From Octopus sinensis (taxonomy: Eukaryota), in NCBI RefSeq assembly GCF_006345805.1, contig NC_043000.1, positions 35,774,001 through 35,838,000 of the forward strand: DNA of 64,000 bases. The letters are read 5' to 3'. Positions 48,872-62,547 of the stretch are shown here, piece by piece. Below the pieces are notes generated by a model. It was not told the DNA's origin, made no database searches, and saw only the letters and a program-made list of their open reading frames with translations. A program made the position numbers and the translations under genes. How positions within the stretch are numbered: the first letter of the stretch is position 1; each line of letters opens with the position of its first letter.

Positions 48872-49472
48872 TTTTTGCCTCCGCCTTAGCAAAGCAGAGG
48901 TATTGTTTTCATTCGTGTTTGTTTGTTAGTCCGTGGACAAGATATCTCAAGAACCGCCGGATAGGTTCGGATGAAATTTTCAGAGATGCTTGACCTCGTG
49001 ACTGGCACGAACTGATTAGATTTTGGGATCGATCCGGCACCAGACAAGGATTCTGGATTACTTTTTGTTTTATTTACTTTACTTTACATGATTACGATCT
49101 TACGTTAACTTTCAAGTCTTTCTCAGTTATCTCCCTTTATGCTGTAACTATTTTGAATGGTGAATTTGTTAACTTTGGCTTGTATTAGATAAAGATAAAC
49201 CACCTATTACTGTTTCTAAATTTTCTACAGCCACCTTTACATTCCATGACTACCATTTGGATCAATCAGGTACCGGACAAGGATTCGAGATTATTTTTCC
49301 GGTTTTTAAACTTAATTTTTGAGAGCGGTCGGGCTCATTTTTAGTGTCTCGTTTGTGAGAGCAGTCGAGTTTATTTCAGATATTCTCATTTTAAAAATCG
49401 TCTTCGGCTAATCGTTGAGAGGACGTTGGTGTTGCCATGGAGGAGGTTTGCACTCTCTGAGTGCTCTTGTTT
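48872..49472 (+). mobile_element. Helentron-associated (HINE-like) element
   Basis: Subterminal inverted repeat CCTCCGCC / GGAGGAGG, 3' hairpin GCACTC-TCT-GAGTGC (49450-49464), T-rich flanks. Confidence 0.6.
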
Positions 49473-49920
49473 TTATCTTTTACTTGTTTCAGACTGCGGC
49501 CATACTGGGGCGCTGCCTTTAAGAGATTTTAGTCGAGTGTATCGACTCCAGTACTTATTTTTGTTAAGCCTGGTACTTATTCTATCGGTCTCGTTGGCCG
49601 AACCGCTAGATTACGCAGACCATATAACACCGGTTGTAAAGCGGGTGATGGGGGACAAACACAAACATAAAGACACACACACACATACACACACACACAC
49701 ACACATACACACACACACACACACACACGCACACACACACAGACACACAGACACACACATACACACGGCAAGCTTCTTTCAGTTTCCGTCTACCAAATCC
49801 GCTCACAAGACTTTGGTGGCCACTGAGGCCAGAGTAGAAGGCACTTGCCAATGGTATCACACAGTGAGATTGAACTCGGAGCCACGTGGTTGGGAAACAA
49901 GCTACTCACCACACAACCTC
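49473..49920 (-). mobile_element. SINE family A
   Basis: Tail, internal (CA)n and head match family A; another copy lies at about 47715-48040. Confidence 0.75.
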
Positions 49921-50835
49921 ACCTAAATATTGAGCTGGGAGAGGCAAAGATAGTAGTGGAAGCTGACTCCGGTATTTATGTTCATACCACGGATGCGAAG
50001 TGCGTGTACGTGGGTATATATGAGTTCACCAATGCGCATGTTTACTGTGATGTAGCCGAGCGGCCAACAGTGCCAGCGCCAAATACTAACTCCACTATTA
50101 TCTCTATCCATCGCAGCATAATATTTATATCAACCATTCTTTCTCCTTCAAGGTAGCAACTATTTACTTTATACCAGTGGTTCCCAACACTGGCTCCCAG
50201 TCCTTTTATTTAAATGAGTATTCCCATGGATCCCTTTTAATATGCTTATCCTTATGTGTGTGTGTGTGTATATATGCATGTATAATAATATAAATAATAT
50301 ATATATATATATTCTCTCTCCATTCTATCCTATTACTCTGCCACTCACTCTCTCACTCCTCCTCTCTTGCTAACGTGGCTACCACGTGACCACCGGCCAT
50401 CTTTCTTTCTTCTCCTAACTAGTGTTTCTTTCTTTCTCTCTGTTGTAGCTGGAACAAAGAAGACGTGTTCTTGTTTGTCTCCTGTCCTAGCTTGATTTAT
50501 GCGTTCGCCACCACAACCTCGTTTAGGCTTAGTAGCCCTTCCTGTTTGTTTTCACTGTCCTGTTTGTGTTACCAATTTTGACCCTCCGCAAAATCCCAAA
50601 TTTTATTTAATTTGCTTTGCGGGAGCAACGGTTTTATCGAAAGCGTATATTGTTGTTAAATCTCGAAATACAAGACTAGAAAAACAGCCAACAACTGATG
50701 AAGGGTCGTTCTTTATGTTATTTGTCTTGCTTTTGATTTGTGTCTTTCGTTGTTCGAAAAAATAGTTCATGTTCCATGAACTCGTGCTTCGTATTTTTTT
50801 GTTGTACACGTTTCATGACGTCCTGTGCCCACATA

Positions 50836-50877
<42 letters not shown>

Positions 50878-52559
50878 ATATATACATAATACACACACAT
50901 ATATATATACATATATGTATTATGTATGTATATATGCATAAATATATATATATATATATATATTTACATACATAATACATATATATATATTATGTATGTA
51001 TCTATGTATGTATGTATGTATGTATGTATGTATGTATGTATGTATGTATGTATGTATGTATATATGTATGTATGTATCTATATAGATATATACAATATAT
51101 GTATGTATATCTTTATATATGCTTATACATTCACATATATACAAACACACACACACACATACGCATACACACACATATATACATATTTATATACATTTAG
51201 ATATACATATGCACATATACACATATATACACGCACATACAAACGTATATGCACATATATATATAAACACATAAACACACACACACGACGAATAGGATTC
51301 GGTCTGATACACTTTTAGTTGTGTCTTTCAGCTGCCTTTTAACTTTATCTGCCATCATTAATCTTTCTCTTAACCTCCCCCTCTCTCCTTCTGCCTCTCT
51401 TCCTCCTTCTCCATCTCTTGAATCCTATCTTCTTTTCAATTTTTTTTCTGTGACGTAGCAGTTACTACTGTGTTCAAGGTTTCCAATTGTTTGGTAATGC
51501 TTCCATCCAACTCATCCTCCATCTGTTTTCCTCTTCCTCTCTCCCCTATCTCATCCTCATCTCTCTCGTCCTCCTTCTTTCTCTCTCCGTGTCTTCCGTA
51601 TCTGTAATTCAAAGGTAAAACCTCGTCACATTAGGTCACGCTGTTTCTTTCGCGAGAATTACGTTAAGTGTGTAAATGTCTTTCGCAATATTTAACCACA
51701 GACAAGTAAATTTCCTGTATAAGAAAATTCTCATTGTCGGGACCGACAGAGAATCAATCAAGACATAACATATATCTTAATTCTGTGGTTATTTCAGATG
51801 TCTACATCAGGGAATGGTACTGGAATATCCAAAGAGTTCCAGGAACAAAAACAACAATAAGAAAAGCATAAAACGAAAACAACAAAAAAACCCATCAAGA
51901 GTGTAAAGTAATTAATTTTTTTATATGATTTTCCCCCCAAATGGTTTGAAGCCACTGTGCCGTACAGACTATAAAAAAGGAAAGGAAGAGGCCTGTAAAA
52001 AAGAAAGCACTGGCCAATAAAAAAGGAAAGAAAAGGGCCTACAAATTCAAACGACATCAATTCACAGAAAACTTATCATAGAGCAGAGGAAGACAAGACG
52101 ATGGTGGTGAGTTCCAGAGAGCAGCAGTTCAAGGAGAAAGAACAAAAGGACTTTTACTCAGTAAGAAATAAAGATAAAGGAGTCTCATCAAGAATGTACT
52201 CAATGGAGGGCGTGCAGAATTGCTGGTTAACTCGTCTGTTTTTCTACGGGGTGCGGCAGAAAACCCTCCCGCATATTGTTCTACTGTACCCTGTCGGTAA
52301 TGAAGTCAAATAGGTGGTAATGGTGTGTTAATGCAGCTAACATTTTACTATTTTTGTTTTTTAGTTACCATCATGGTCAGAACTGGTGCACAACGTGCGT
52401 TTGCTCTCGAAACGTTTTTCAGGAACCATGAATCTTAAGGCTTTTTGCTGAACCAAGTGTTTACATTTGGTTAACTTTCCTCAATTTCAAACTTAAAGCA
52501 AATGTACTCTTTTATTATTTAAACCTTCATCTTGTAAACTCTCTGCAGTTTCTACCTTA

Positions 52560-53110
52560 TGTCTTGGTGAACTCCTCAAGGTTTCGATCTCACATTTGGT
52601 AAACTCGCCACAGTTTCTTGGTGATTAGTTTCCATCCGGTAAACACTCCATTATTTCTGCCTTTCAACCGGCAATTTCTCCTCTCTTTCTAGTTTACATC
52701 TGGTGACCAGCTCACTCACTATTTCCTCTGGTCAATTATCTTATAGTTCAACCCAACATCTGGTGAACTCCCCCTTTCTAACTTACGTCTGGTTAACATT
52801 CCGCTGTTTTCTCTTTACATTTGATGAATCCCCCCTATTTCTATCACAAATCTGATGAGCACCCCCTTCTAGCTTACATCTGGCGAACTCACTGTTTTCC
52901 CCTTACATCTACTCAAACTCTCTTCTATTTCTACCCTACATCTGGAGAACTTTCCATTTCTAACTTACATCTCATCAATACTCCACTGTTTCCTCTACAT
53001 TTGGTGAATGCTTGCCGTTTCTGCTTTACATCTGGTCGGCTTTCCTCTATATTTCACCTTACAACTGGTTAACTCACCCATGTTTCTCTTACATCTAGTC
53101 AATTGTCTTA
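52560..53110. repeat. Degenerate about 30-31-bp minisatellite
   Basis: catctgg/catttgg anchors recur at about 30-31-bp spacing for 16 or more units. Confidence 0.65.
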
Positions 53111-53967
53111 TATTCCGTCTTAACCATATAAATCAATCAGCTTGTTTCCGCAGCGAAAGGTTTTCTCACGTTCGAGTCTTTGTTCATGGACGTGTTTAAT
53201 ATGATTGAACGCATCTTTATTTCATTCAACGCTGCTTCGTGTGTCTCTAATTAATTAATACCCTCAAGTCGGTGTTTTTCTGTTTTTGTTTTTGTTGTAT
53301 TCTTGAAACATTTTTTGATATATCCTTAAAGAAATTCAGAGTTTGTGAAGCATCAGTAAGTTTAAGTGAAGATTTTTAACCCAAGGTCAGCCTTGATTGA
53401 GCTGCATTATGATCATACTGTCCTTTCTTATAACAAGGTCTACATTGTGCAATGTTTCCTTCCTTTAGCTAGGCGGAAGGCTGTAATTAGAATGAAATAG
53501 GTTGCTATTTCTAGCAGGTCGTGCGACACTGGCAACACTCCTTCGTTGCCTTTTACTATAAGTTTATTTGGCGTAAGGAATGGTCAATTCTGACATTTCT
53601 GGGAAAATTTCTACGACAGAGTGAACAAGTAAAAGACTGGATTGTCGTTTGAGAATCTCACTCAATTAAACTATGTTAATAATCATGTTTAATAATTCAA
53701 TAAAATATATTTTTATTGCCGGAATAATAAACAAGAAGAGTGTGGTTAGCAAATGTGTTCTTTTATCTTGATGTTTTCATAAATTATAATTCTATAAAAT
53801 TACGGCATCTTTTTATGTTATTCTTTTTTTTAAAGAATACAAAAGGTCTTTGATGAAACGAAATACTTTACGGCATAATCTTAGTTCTTTGAGTTTGAAT
53901 ATCGACGTTTAAAAGTTTTGTCTGAAAGTAGCAAAACTGTAAACGAATGAACAAAATGAGAGGGTGG

Positions 53968-54003
<36 letters not shown>

Positions 54004-54954
54004 ATAAACATATATTTTATATCAATATAATGCTAATACTATCACAGTCATGTCACAATTATTAACTCATATACATTATTGAGGTGACATCAAAGCGAGT
54101 AATATCAGAAACAACAAAACAAGCAGTAATTTTACAAAATGAAGAGAAGACAAGTCAAAAAGACGACAATTAATAACTACAAGCGCTAACGTACTTGATA
54201 TAACAAACCAAGAAAATTTAACGTAATTAAAATTAGATCTTTAGTGAAGTTAACAAGCATATTCAAAATGGCTGCGACTGCTTTGGATGGATAAAGCAAG
54301 GGAGGCAACGCTGTAATTTTAGCTATTATAGCGTGGAAGACACAGACGAGCCGTTAATAGATGCACAAAGACTGTCATCTCTTAAATATTTATTGTTTAA
54401 TGTCAGGATTTTCGTCGCACCAACTACGGCCTGATCACCGATGCAGTTTCACAGCAACTAGTTTTGGCGAATATAAATGTATTCATCTATATAGGTCAGT
54501 CGTTCTAGAATATAATGAGGTGTGAGTAGTGCCTATGACAATTAAGGCACAGTGGAAATAAGCCCTGGCATACATATGTCTGTCTGTCTGTCTGTCTCTA
54601 GTTAGTTGTTTTATACAACGATCAACACCCACCAAGTGTAATCTTAGACCTGGGGTTGATGATTAGTCTCTGTGTCAGTTTGTTTTCTTTGTGAACTTTT
54701 AATAATTTCACTGGCGTCCCAACCGTGACCATCACTCGTTTTGCTGTTGGTATTTTGTATCCAGGATTACATTATCGAACGCATGTCTTCTTTTTTTTCA
54801 AACAGTTGGGTGCGATGTGAATAAGATTTGATTGCTATTTCTAGCAGATCGAGGCTTCAGCAATGGGTTATTTCAACATTAGTTGTTGTTGTTGTTTAAC
54901 CCTCGGTCAATCCTGCTGCTTATGATCAGCCAGGGGCGTCTCAGACACAGTATA

Positions 54955-55185
54955 TATTTCTTTACTACCCACAAGGGGCTAAACATAGAGGGGATAAACA
55001 AGGACAGACAAGGGGATTAAGTCGATTACATCGACCCCAGTGCGTAACTGGTACTTTATTTATCGACCCCGAAAGGATGAAAGGCGAAGTCGACCTCGGC
55101 AGAATTTGAACTCAGAACGTAACGGCAGACGAAATATCGCTAAGCATTTCGCCCGGCGCGCTAACGTTTCTGCCAGCTCGCCGCC
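54955..55185 (-). mobile_element. SINE family B monomer
   Basis: Full head-body-tail; approximate TSD AGACAC(A/G)GTATA. Confidence 0.88.
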
Positions 55186-56650
55186 TTTACTCTAGACACG
55201 GTATAATTGATAACATATTCCAGCAAATCTTTTATAATACAAGTTATTTTTAGAGAGCTTTTGCTGCCATTCAAGTTCTGGAAAACCCAATATCGAAAGT
55301 TTCAGAAGACAGAACATGAGGCTTTTAGAATCTGATAAAATCCCAATTAATGAACATGGTGTCAATTAAGCCGCTGTCACTGCAGCAAGCATATATACTA
55401 GGCAGCTGCATCTGTGCAGCTTATATTTATAGTTATTAGAACGAGGCTATGAGAGTCAATCACGATTGGCGTAGGCAAAGCAGTATGGTAGAGAATTTTG
55501 CTTTCGTAGCTATGTCGTTCAAACGAACGGTCATCATGTTGAAAAAATGATCAAGCCTATAGCCTCAGGTCAACCCAAGCCTTGAAAGTGAAATTTGTTA
55601 AACGGAAACTGTGTGGAAGCCTGCTGGAAGAATTGTTTCGGATCTTGGGTCGGAGATCGAATCTGTCTCTCGGATTAATACTACCATCCGACCCTTGAAT
55701 GCTTTTAACGGAGCCAGTTTTGTTGCAAGCATTCGGATTTGGCTCCTAGTTCCAAGAGAATCTTTACACTTCTTCCAATCAATCTCCAAGAATTCGGAGG
55801 AGGAAGGAAAGATGGCTGCTGCTTTTCTTCTGTGAATCAGACACTTGAATAAAAAGGCTGCAAACACATTGCAGTACTGCTGGCCGGATGCGAACTATTT
55901 ACTTTTTTGGTAGTAGACTAGTAGTATATGGAGACGGTCAGTTGCAATTACTTCACATACAGAACGCGACAGAAACATCTTCCATACTTTACACGATCAT
56001 GGATGTGACGCTAATAAAATTAGGCCGATTGTAATGGTATCTTCATATAGATAATGTTTTATTGTTTTGCCACAGATTTTATTATGGTTTAAACCGATGC
56101 TTACTGTGCGTTTGTGGTTGTAACTTTTATCATGAATAGTGTACGTGGGAGTTATTTTGTCGCACATTGTACATTTAGACATTCATAAATTGCTATCAAC
56201 TGAGAAGGAAAAAATATGGATTTATATGCCTTATATGGATGCTAATAATGATCAGAAACGATACAAAAATATATCCAGCGGCAAGAAGCATAAAAGAAAA
56301 TACGTAGTATCGGAATATTTTTAGTAGATTTTATACAATTAAAGACCGCTAGAATATAGCGTGCACTGGAATAAGGTGTGTTTAACGTGCAAACAACATT
56401 AAAATTTAATTGGGGAAGTTTTAAGTACAGGAAGAGCTGAAGATAGTTTTATAAAATAATTGTGAGATGTTTAAATGACAATTTCTGTTTATAAATAGGG
56501 GTGCATAAAAATATTTGAGAGTATGTCGAAGTGTATTTAGCAGAAAATCTAAAAGATTCTATTTTGATATTCTCTGACCATTTTGGTTCTTATACTGGAG
56601 ACCAGCTGGAACTTAAATGGAAACCCCACCACGCAAAATATTCGTGTCAA

Positions 56651-57060
56651 GTAGGAATGGCTGTGTGGTAAGTAGCTTGCTTACCAACCACATGGTTCCG
56701 GGTTCAGTCCCACTGCGTGGCACCTTGAACGAGTGTCATCTACTATAGCCTCAGGCCGACCAAAACCTTGTGAGTGGATTTGGTTGACGGAAACTAAAAG
56801 AAGCCCGTCGTATATATACATATATGTATGTGTGTGTGTGTATGTGCTTGTGTGTGTATGTGTTTGTCCCCCCCAACATCGCTTGAGAACCGATGCTGGT
56901 GTGTTTACGTTCATGTAACTAAGTGGTTCGGCAAAAGAGACCGATAGATAAGTACTAGGCTTACAACGAATAAGTCCTGGGGTCGATTTGCTCAACAAAA
57001 GGCGGTGCTCCAGCATGGCCACAGTCAATTGACTGAAACAAGTAAAAGAGTAAAAGAGTA
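56651..57060 (+). mobile_element. SINE family A
   Basis: Complete head; tail GGCGGTGCTCCAGCATGGCCACAGTCAATTGACTGAAAC-(AAAAGAGT)n. Confidence 0.85.
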
Positions 57061-57370
57061 ATTTAGAAAAGAAATTAGACAACTGTAAATGATCTGGTTG
57101 CTATGGAAACGCATAGTTAATGAGGAAATTGAAATAAAAGGTGTCCAAGAGAATCGTAGTTAACAATATTGTGAAGAAAGACAAAAGGAAAACTTCTGAG
57201 AAACGGACGAAAATCAAATGGAAAGATTCTTTTTATAGATGAGACGTCAACATGGCTGCGTTAAGTGTTTGCGCAAGGATTGTATTATCGGTCCTGGAAG
57301 AGCGAATGGTAAAGTCAACCCTCATGGGATATGAACTCTGAACATAGATGATGGAAATATAATAATAATG

Positions 57371-57442
<72 letters not shown>

Positions 57443-58169
57443 CAATAATAACAACAGCAGTAATAATAATAATAATAATAATAATAATAGTAATAATAAT
57501 AATAATAATAATAATATTAATAAGGGTGTCTCAATGAAACATGTGCGAAACACACACGCGATATCAACACCGGAAAGTTTACAAACAATAAAATAGAAAC
57601 GGACCAAAATAAAAAAAAATAGTGAGTACATAAATTGAGTAATTACGCGTACACTCGAATGTCTACACAATCATATATACATTTTGATACCCATAGGACT
57701 ACACATACATCCCAAAGTTGTACACACTAAGTGAAATTTACTGGACACACACTCACGCACATGAAAGTACGTGTCACAAACCAAGCAAAAACAAAATCAA
57801 AACTTTCTTTGTTTTTCTTCTTATTTTCTTCTCATTTTTTCGAGCTAACACAGACAGAGTGAACCTTTCATAAGTTTAAAAAACACCACAAAAAAACTAT
57901 GTTCGGAGATAAATCTATAAAAAAAAATACAGACGAATACAGATCTGCTAGAATTAAGAAACTACGCTACAAACAATGTTTACATGCAGAGAACACGGAG
58001 GCGGTGTTTGCGCAAAAACTTAACCCTAAACTGACAGATCAGTCTCCTATTGTAAGAGTCCAAGCTTGTCGTGCCTCACTGTTAACAAAACAAATTACAA
58101 ACCGAAATGGTCATCGATCGGATTACAAAAGACCACATAAGACCACATACCCGAATATTGAACCAAATT

Positions 58170-60270
58170 CTGATTGAAAAATCAACTACTGGTTCAAATC
58201 TTCCCGACACACGAGAGCTGGACGTACCGCACAACCGGAATATTCCAACAGATGGCCATCCATGCCCGTCATCAAATAACTAAAAGAAAAAGAATGAAAC
58301 GTGGTCTAGGGAAGATAATAAGGAAGTTCTTGCAGCCTTCTACCATGCCATATATTTCCCCACAGATAAATCTAATACTGTACAAACTTACTTAAACTGG
58401 AGACAGAAACACCCTGAAGTAAGACCCCACATAGACAGTAACAAACTTGCCAACGTCAGAGGAAACATTATATAAAAAATTACTGGCTGAAGTAGAGATT
58501 GACCAAATTAAACAAGCAGTAACGGATAAAAAGAACGAAGCTGCAGGTAAAGAAGATAATAGAGAGGAAATAATTATAGACCAGCCCAGGGCTGATAAAA
58601 ATGCAGTAAGGATTGAAAGAGTTAGTACAATTGATAGGCAAAGTGAAATACTCCCTGAACCAATCATAAACACTAAGACAGATGAACATCAAATAGACGA
58701 AGAAAGTCACACAAATATTGACCCAACAGAACTATATGAGCTAAAGAATCAAATCATTATTGAATGGCTGAAAATTAAAGAAACCAGTATGGATGAACGC
58801 GATACACTCCCCAAAATCCGTAACTCTAACCAAAACATGAAAATAATTGGTAAAATCCGCCTTGCACTTAAGGATATAATTTCAGCTAATGATGTTGATA
58901 CCACAGATCTCAACCACCTGTACTATGCATCCGCGAAAATCTCAACGATTCTATGTGGTGAAAAGATTAGAAAACGGCAACATTCCCATAAAAAGCCTTC
59001 TTGGCAAGAGCGTATCCAACAACAAATTAAACTACTTAGGTCTGACATTGAATGTTTGAAAAACCTTAAGGTTGACAAGACTACCAAACCTACAAAAACC
59101 CAAAAATTAAAGAAAAATATATGTAAACTATACTTGATGTTGATTCCACCATAGAAACCATCAAGCAAAAGGTATCTGCTAAAGCTGCCCGCATAGCGAG
59201 GTATGAAAAGCGTGTTAGATTCTTCAAGGACAACAACATGTTAAAAAATAACCCCAAAAATTTTTACGAGAAGATAGGGAAAACCCCAGTTACTGTAAAG
59301 TCTATACCATCAAAAGAAGAAGTGCAGGGATTTTGGAATAAAATTTGGGCAGAAGAAAAAACACACAACGAAAAGGCCCTTGGATTGATAGAATATCTAC
59401 GGACTTGCATTCCTTAAAGGAGCAAAAGTGGGAGGGTGTTAAGGTAGAAAATATAAGATCTGCTCTCAGGAGGCCAAGCAAATGGAAGTCTCCAGGAAAG
59501 GATAAAATTCCTAACTTCTGGTTGAATGCCTTCCCAGAGAGCCATGAACTGCTAACAGAACTTTACAATGATGTTTTGCAACACCTTAGTAGGATGTCTC
59601 CTTGGCTAGTTAATGGTTTAACATTCCTGCTTCCAAAAAGTGAAGAAACAAATGAACCAAAAAACTATAGACCCATAACCTGCTTAGCAACTATGTATAA
59701 AACGCTAACATCTGTCATGACGGAATATACCTATAGTTTTTTAATAGACAGCAGCATTTTCCCTAATGAATAGAAAGGATGTAAACGTGGATCCTATGGT
59801 TGTAAAGATCAGCTACTCATCAATAAGATGATCTTAGAAGATTGCCACAAACGACACAAAAACTTATCAATAGCCTGGATAGACTATAAAAAGGCTTTTG
59901 ATAGCCTACCACATAGCAGGATTAAGAAATGCCTGGAAATGTATAAAATAGCGCCTACTCTGCGAAACTTTTTGTCTGTAAGTATGAGATCATGGAGAAC
60001 CACACTAACTTTGAATAGTGACAATGAATCTCTAAATGCTGGTGATGTAAAAATTTCATGTGGCATTTTCCAGGGTGACTCACTATCACCACTCCTCTTT
60101 TGTCTAGCCTTAATACGTCTTTCAAAATTGCTCAATGACGCATTGTACGGATATAAAATGTTTGATAAAAATATAAATCATCTCATTTACATGGATGATT
60201 TAAAGCTCTTTGCAAAAATGACCAACAACTCAAGGGCTTACTAACGATTGTCAAACAATTCAGCGATGAC
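58170..60270 (+). mobile_element. Dong/R4-clade non-LTR retrotransposon, disrupted and 3'-incomplete
   Basis: N-terminal ..EDNKEVLAAFYH..KLANVR..LLAEVEIDQIK; RT motifs [56 protein letters not shown]; frameshifts and stops; ends at a SINE A fragment. Confidence 0.85.
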
Positions 60271-60585
60271 AGTTGGGCAAGTGTTTTGTACTATAGCCTC
60301 GGGCTGACCAAAGTCTTGTGAGTGGATTTGGTAGAGGGAAACTAAAAGAAACCTGTCATATATGTATGTATGCATTTGTGTGTTTTGTCCCCCCACCATC
60401 GCTTGACAACCGAGGTTGGTATGTTTACGTCTCCGTAACTTAGCGGTTCGGCAAAAGAAATCGATAGAATAATTACTAGGCTTACAAAAAATAAGTCCCG
60501 GGGTCAATTTGTTCGATTAAAGGCGGAGCTCCAGCATGGCCGCAGTCAAATGACTGAAACATGTAAAAGAATAAAATAAAAAAAT
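60271..60585 (+). mobile_element. SINE family A, headless
   Basis: Begins at ttgggcaagtg; complete tail. Confidence 0.75.
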
Positions 60586-60618
60586 GAAAGAAGTACATCA
60601 ACTACAAAATCCTTGTAA

Positions 60619-60681
60619 GGACCCCCGAGGGTCAAATGGACCCCCAAGGGTTATATGGACCCCCGAGGATCAAATGGATCC
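60619..60681. repeat. About 3.3 x 19-bp tandem repeat GGACCCCCGAGGGTCAAAT
   Basis: Units at 60619, 60638, 60657. Confidence 0.7.
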
Positions 60682-60804
60682 TGGCTGGCAATCGCCGATT
60701 TAATCCATTCCAATGTTATTCGAATTAACACGATAATTCATCAGAGTGCTTTAGGATCATTTTTTTCCACTTCTATTCCTCCGTTACATCTTTTATCTTT
60801 AATC

Positions 60805-61142
60805 TTTTGCTTATTTCAGTCATTAGACTGCGGCCATGCTGGGGCACCGCATTGAATAACTTTAAATTGAGTGAATCGATTCCAGTACTTATTTTATCGT
60901 TTTCATTTTGCCAAACCGCTACTTTACCGGGACGTTAACGTACCAACACCGATTGTCAAGCGGCGATGAAGTGGGGTTTGGGGGCAAACACGCACGCACA
61001 CACGCAGACACACGCACGCACACACACGCACACACGCAGACACACGCACGCACACACACGCACGCACACACACGCACGCACATACACGCACGCACACACA
61101 CACGCACGCACGCACACACACGCACACACACACATACACACA

Positions 61143-61173
<31 letters not shown>

Positions 61174-61330
61174 CACTACACGTACAGCAGGTTTCTTCCG
61201 TGTGCCTAATCCAATCAGGAAGCTTCGGTCGGGCCAAAGCTATAACAAAAGAAACTTTCTCAAGGTGCCACATAGTGGGACTGAACCCGGAGCCATGTGC
61301 TTGGGTAAGAAAACTTCTAATCACACTTGA
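60805..61330 (-). mobile_element. SINE family A
   Basis: Inverted relative to 60271-60585; long internal (CA/CG)n. Confidence 0.75.
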
Positions 61331-61439
61331 AATTTGAATAAATTTCACCTCATTTCAGACACACAACAATGTAGATAAAAAACGAACGAATTTATCTGAC
61401 AACCCAATATATTTTATTTAGTATTCGACCTATATTACC

Positions 61440-62547
61440 TATTTCTTTACAGAAAGGACAAACAAGGACAGACAAACGGGCTAAGTCGATTATATCAACC
61501 CCAGTGCGTAACTGGTACTTATTTAATTGACTCTGAAAGGATGAAAGGCAAAGTCGACCTTGGCGGAATTTGAACTCAGAATGTAAAGACAGACGAAATA
61601 CCTATGTCTTTATTACCCACAAGGGGCTAAACACAGAGAGGACAAACAAGGACAGACAAACGGGCTAAGTCGATTATATCGACCCCAGTGTGTAACTGGT
61701 ACTTATTTAATTGACTCTGAAAAGATGAAAGGCAAAGTCGACCTAGGCGGAATTTGAACTCAGAATGTAAAGACAGACGAATACCTATTTCTTTACTACC
61801 CACAAGGGGCTAAACACAGAGAGACAAACAAGGACAGACAACGGGCTAAGTCGATTATATCAACCCCAGTGCGTAACTGGTACTTATTTAATTGACTCTG
61901 AAAGGATGAAAGCAAGTCGACCTCAGCGGAATTTGAACTCAGATGTAAAGACAGACGAAATACCTATTTCTTTATACCCACAGGGGCTAAACACAGAGGG
62001 GACAAACAGGGACAATAAACGGCTAAGTCGATTATATCAACCCCAGTGCGTAACTGGTACTTATTTAATCGACCTCGAAAAGATGAAAGGCAAAGTCGAC
62101 CTCGGCGAATTTGAACTTAGAATGTAAAGACAGACGAAATACGTATTTCTTTATTACCCACAAGGGGCTAAACACAAGGGACAAACAAGGCAGATAAACG
62201 GGCTAAGTCGATTATATCGACCCCAGTGCGTAACTGGTACTTATTTAATTGACTCTGAAAGGATGAAAGGCAAAGTCGCCTCAGCGGAATTTGAACTCAG
62301 AATGTAAACAAGACGAAATACCTATTTCTTTACACCCACAGGGCTAAACACAGAGAGACAAACAAGGACAGATAACGGGCTAAGTCGATTATATCGACCC
62401 CAGTGCGTACTGGTACTTATTTAATCGACCTCGAAAAGATGAAAGGCAAAGTCGACCTCGGCGGAATTTGAACTCAGAACGTAACGGCAGACGACATACC
62501 GCTAAGCATTTCGCCCGGCATGCTAACGTTTCTGCCAGCTCTTCGCC
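61440..62547 (-). mobile_element. SINE family B concatemer: one head + six bodies
   Basis: Body starts near 61440, 61603, 61786, 61965, 62144, 62323; single head at about 62495-62547. Confidence 0.9.

Noticed and set aside
50694-50760. CTGATGAAGGG motif
   Set aside because: No convincing stem II or correctly placed GAAAC/NUH
61440-62547. Regular repeat arrays (also 31850-32640 and 52560-53110) as CRISPR-like
   Set aside because: Units are contiguous homologous repeats without unique spacers, the context is eukaryotic, and no cas genes are present
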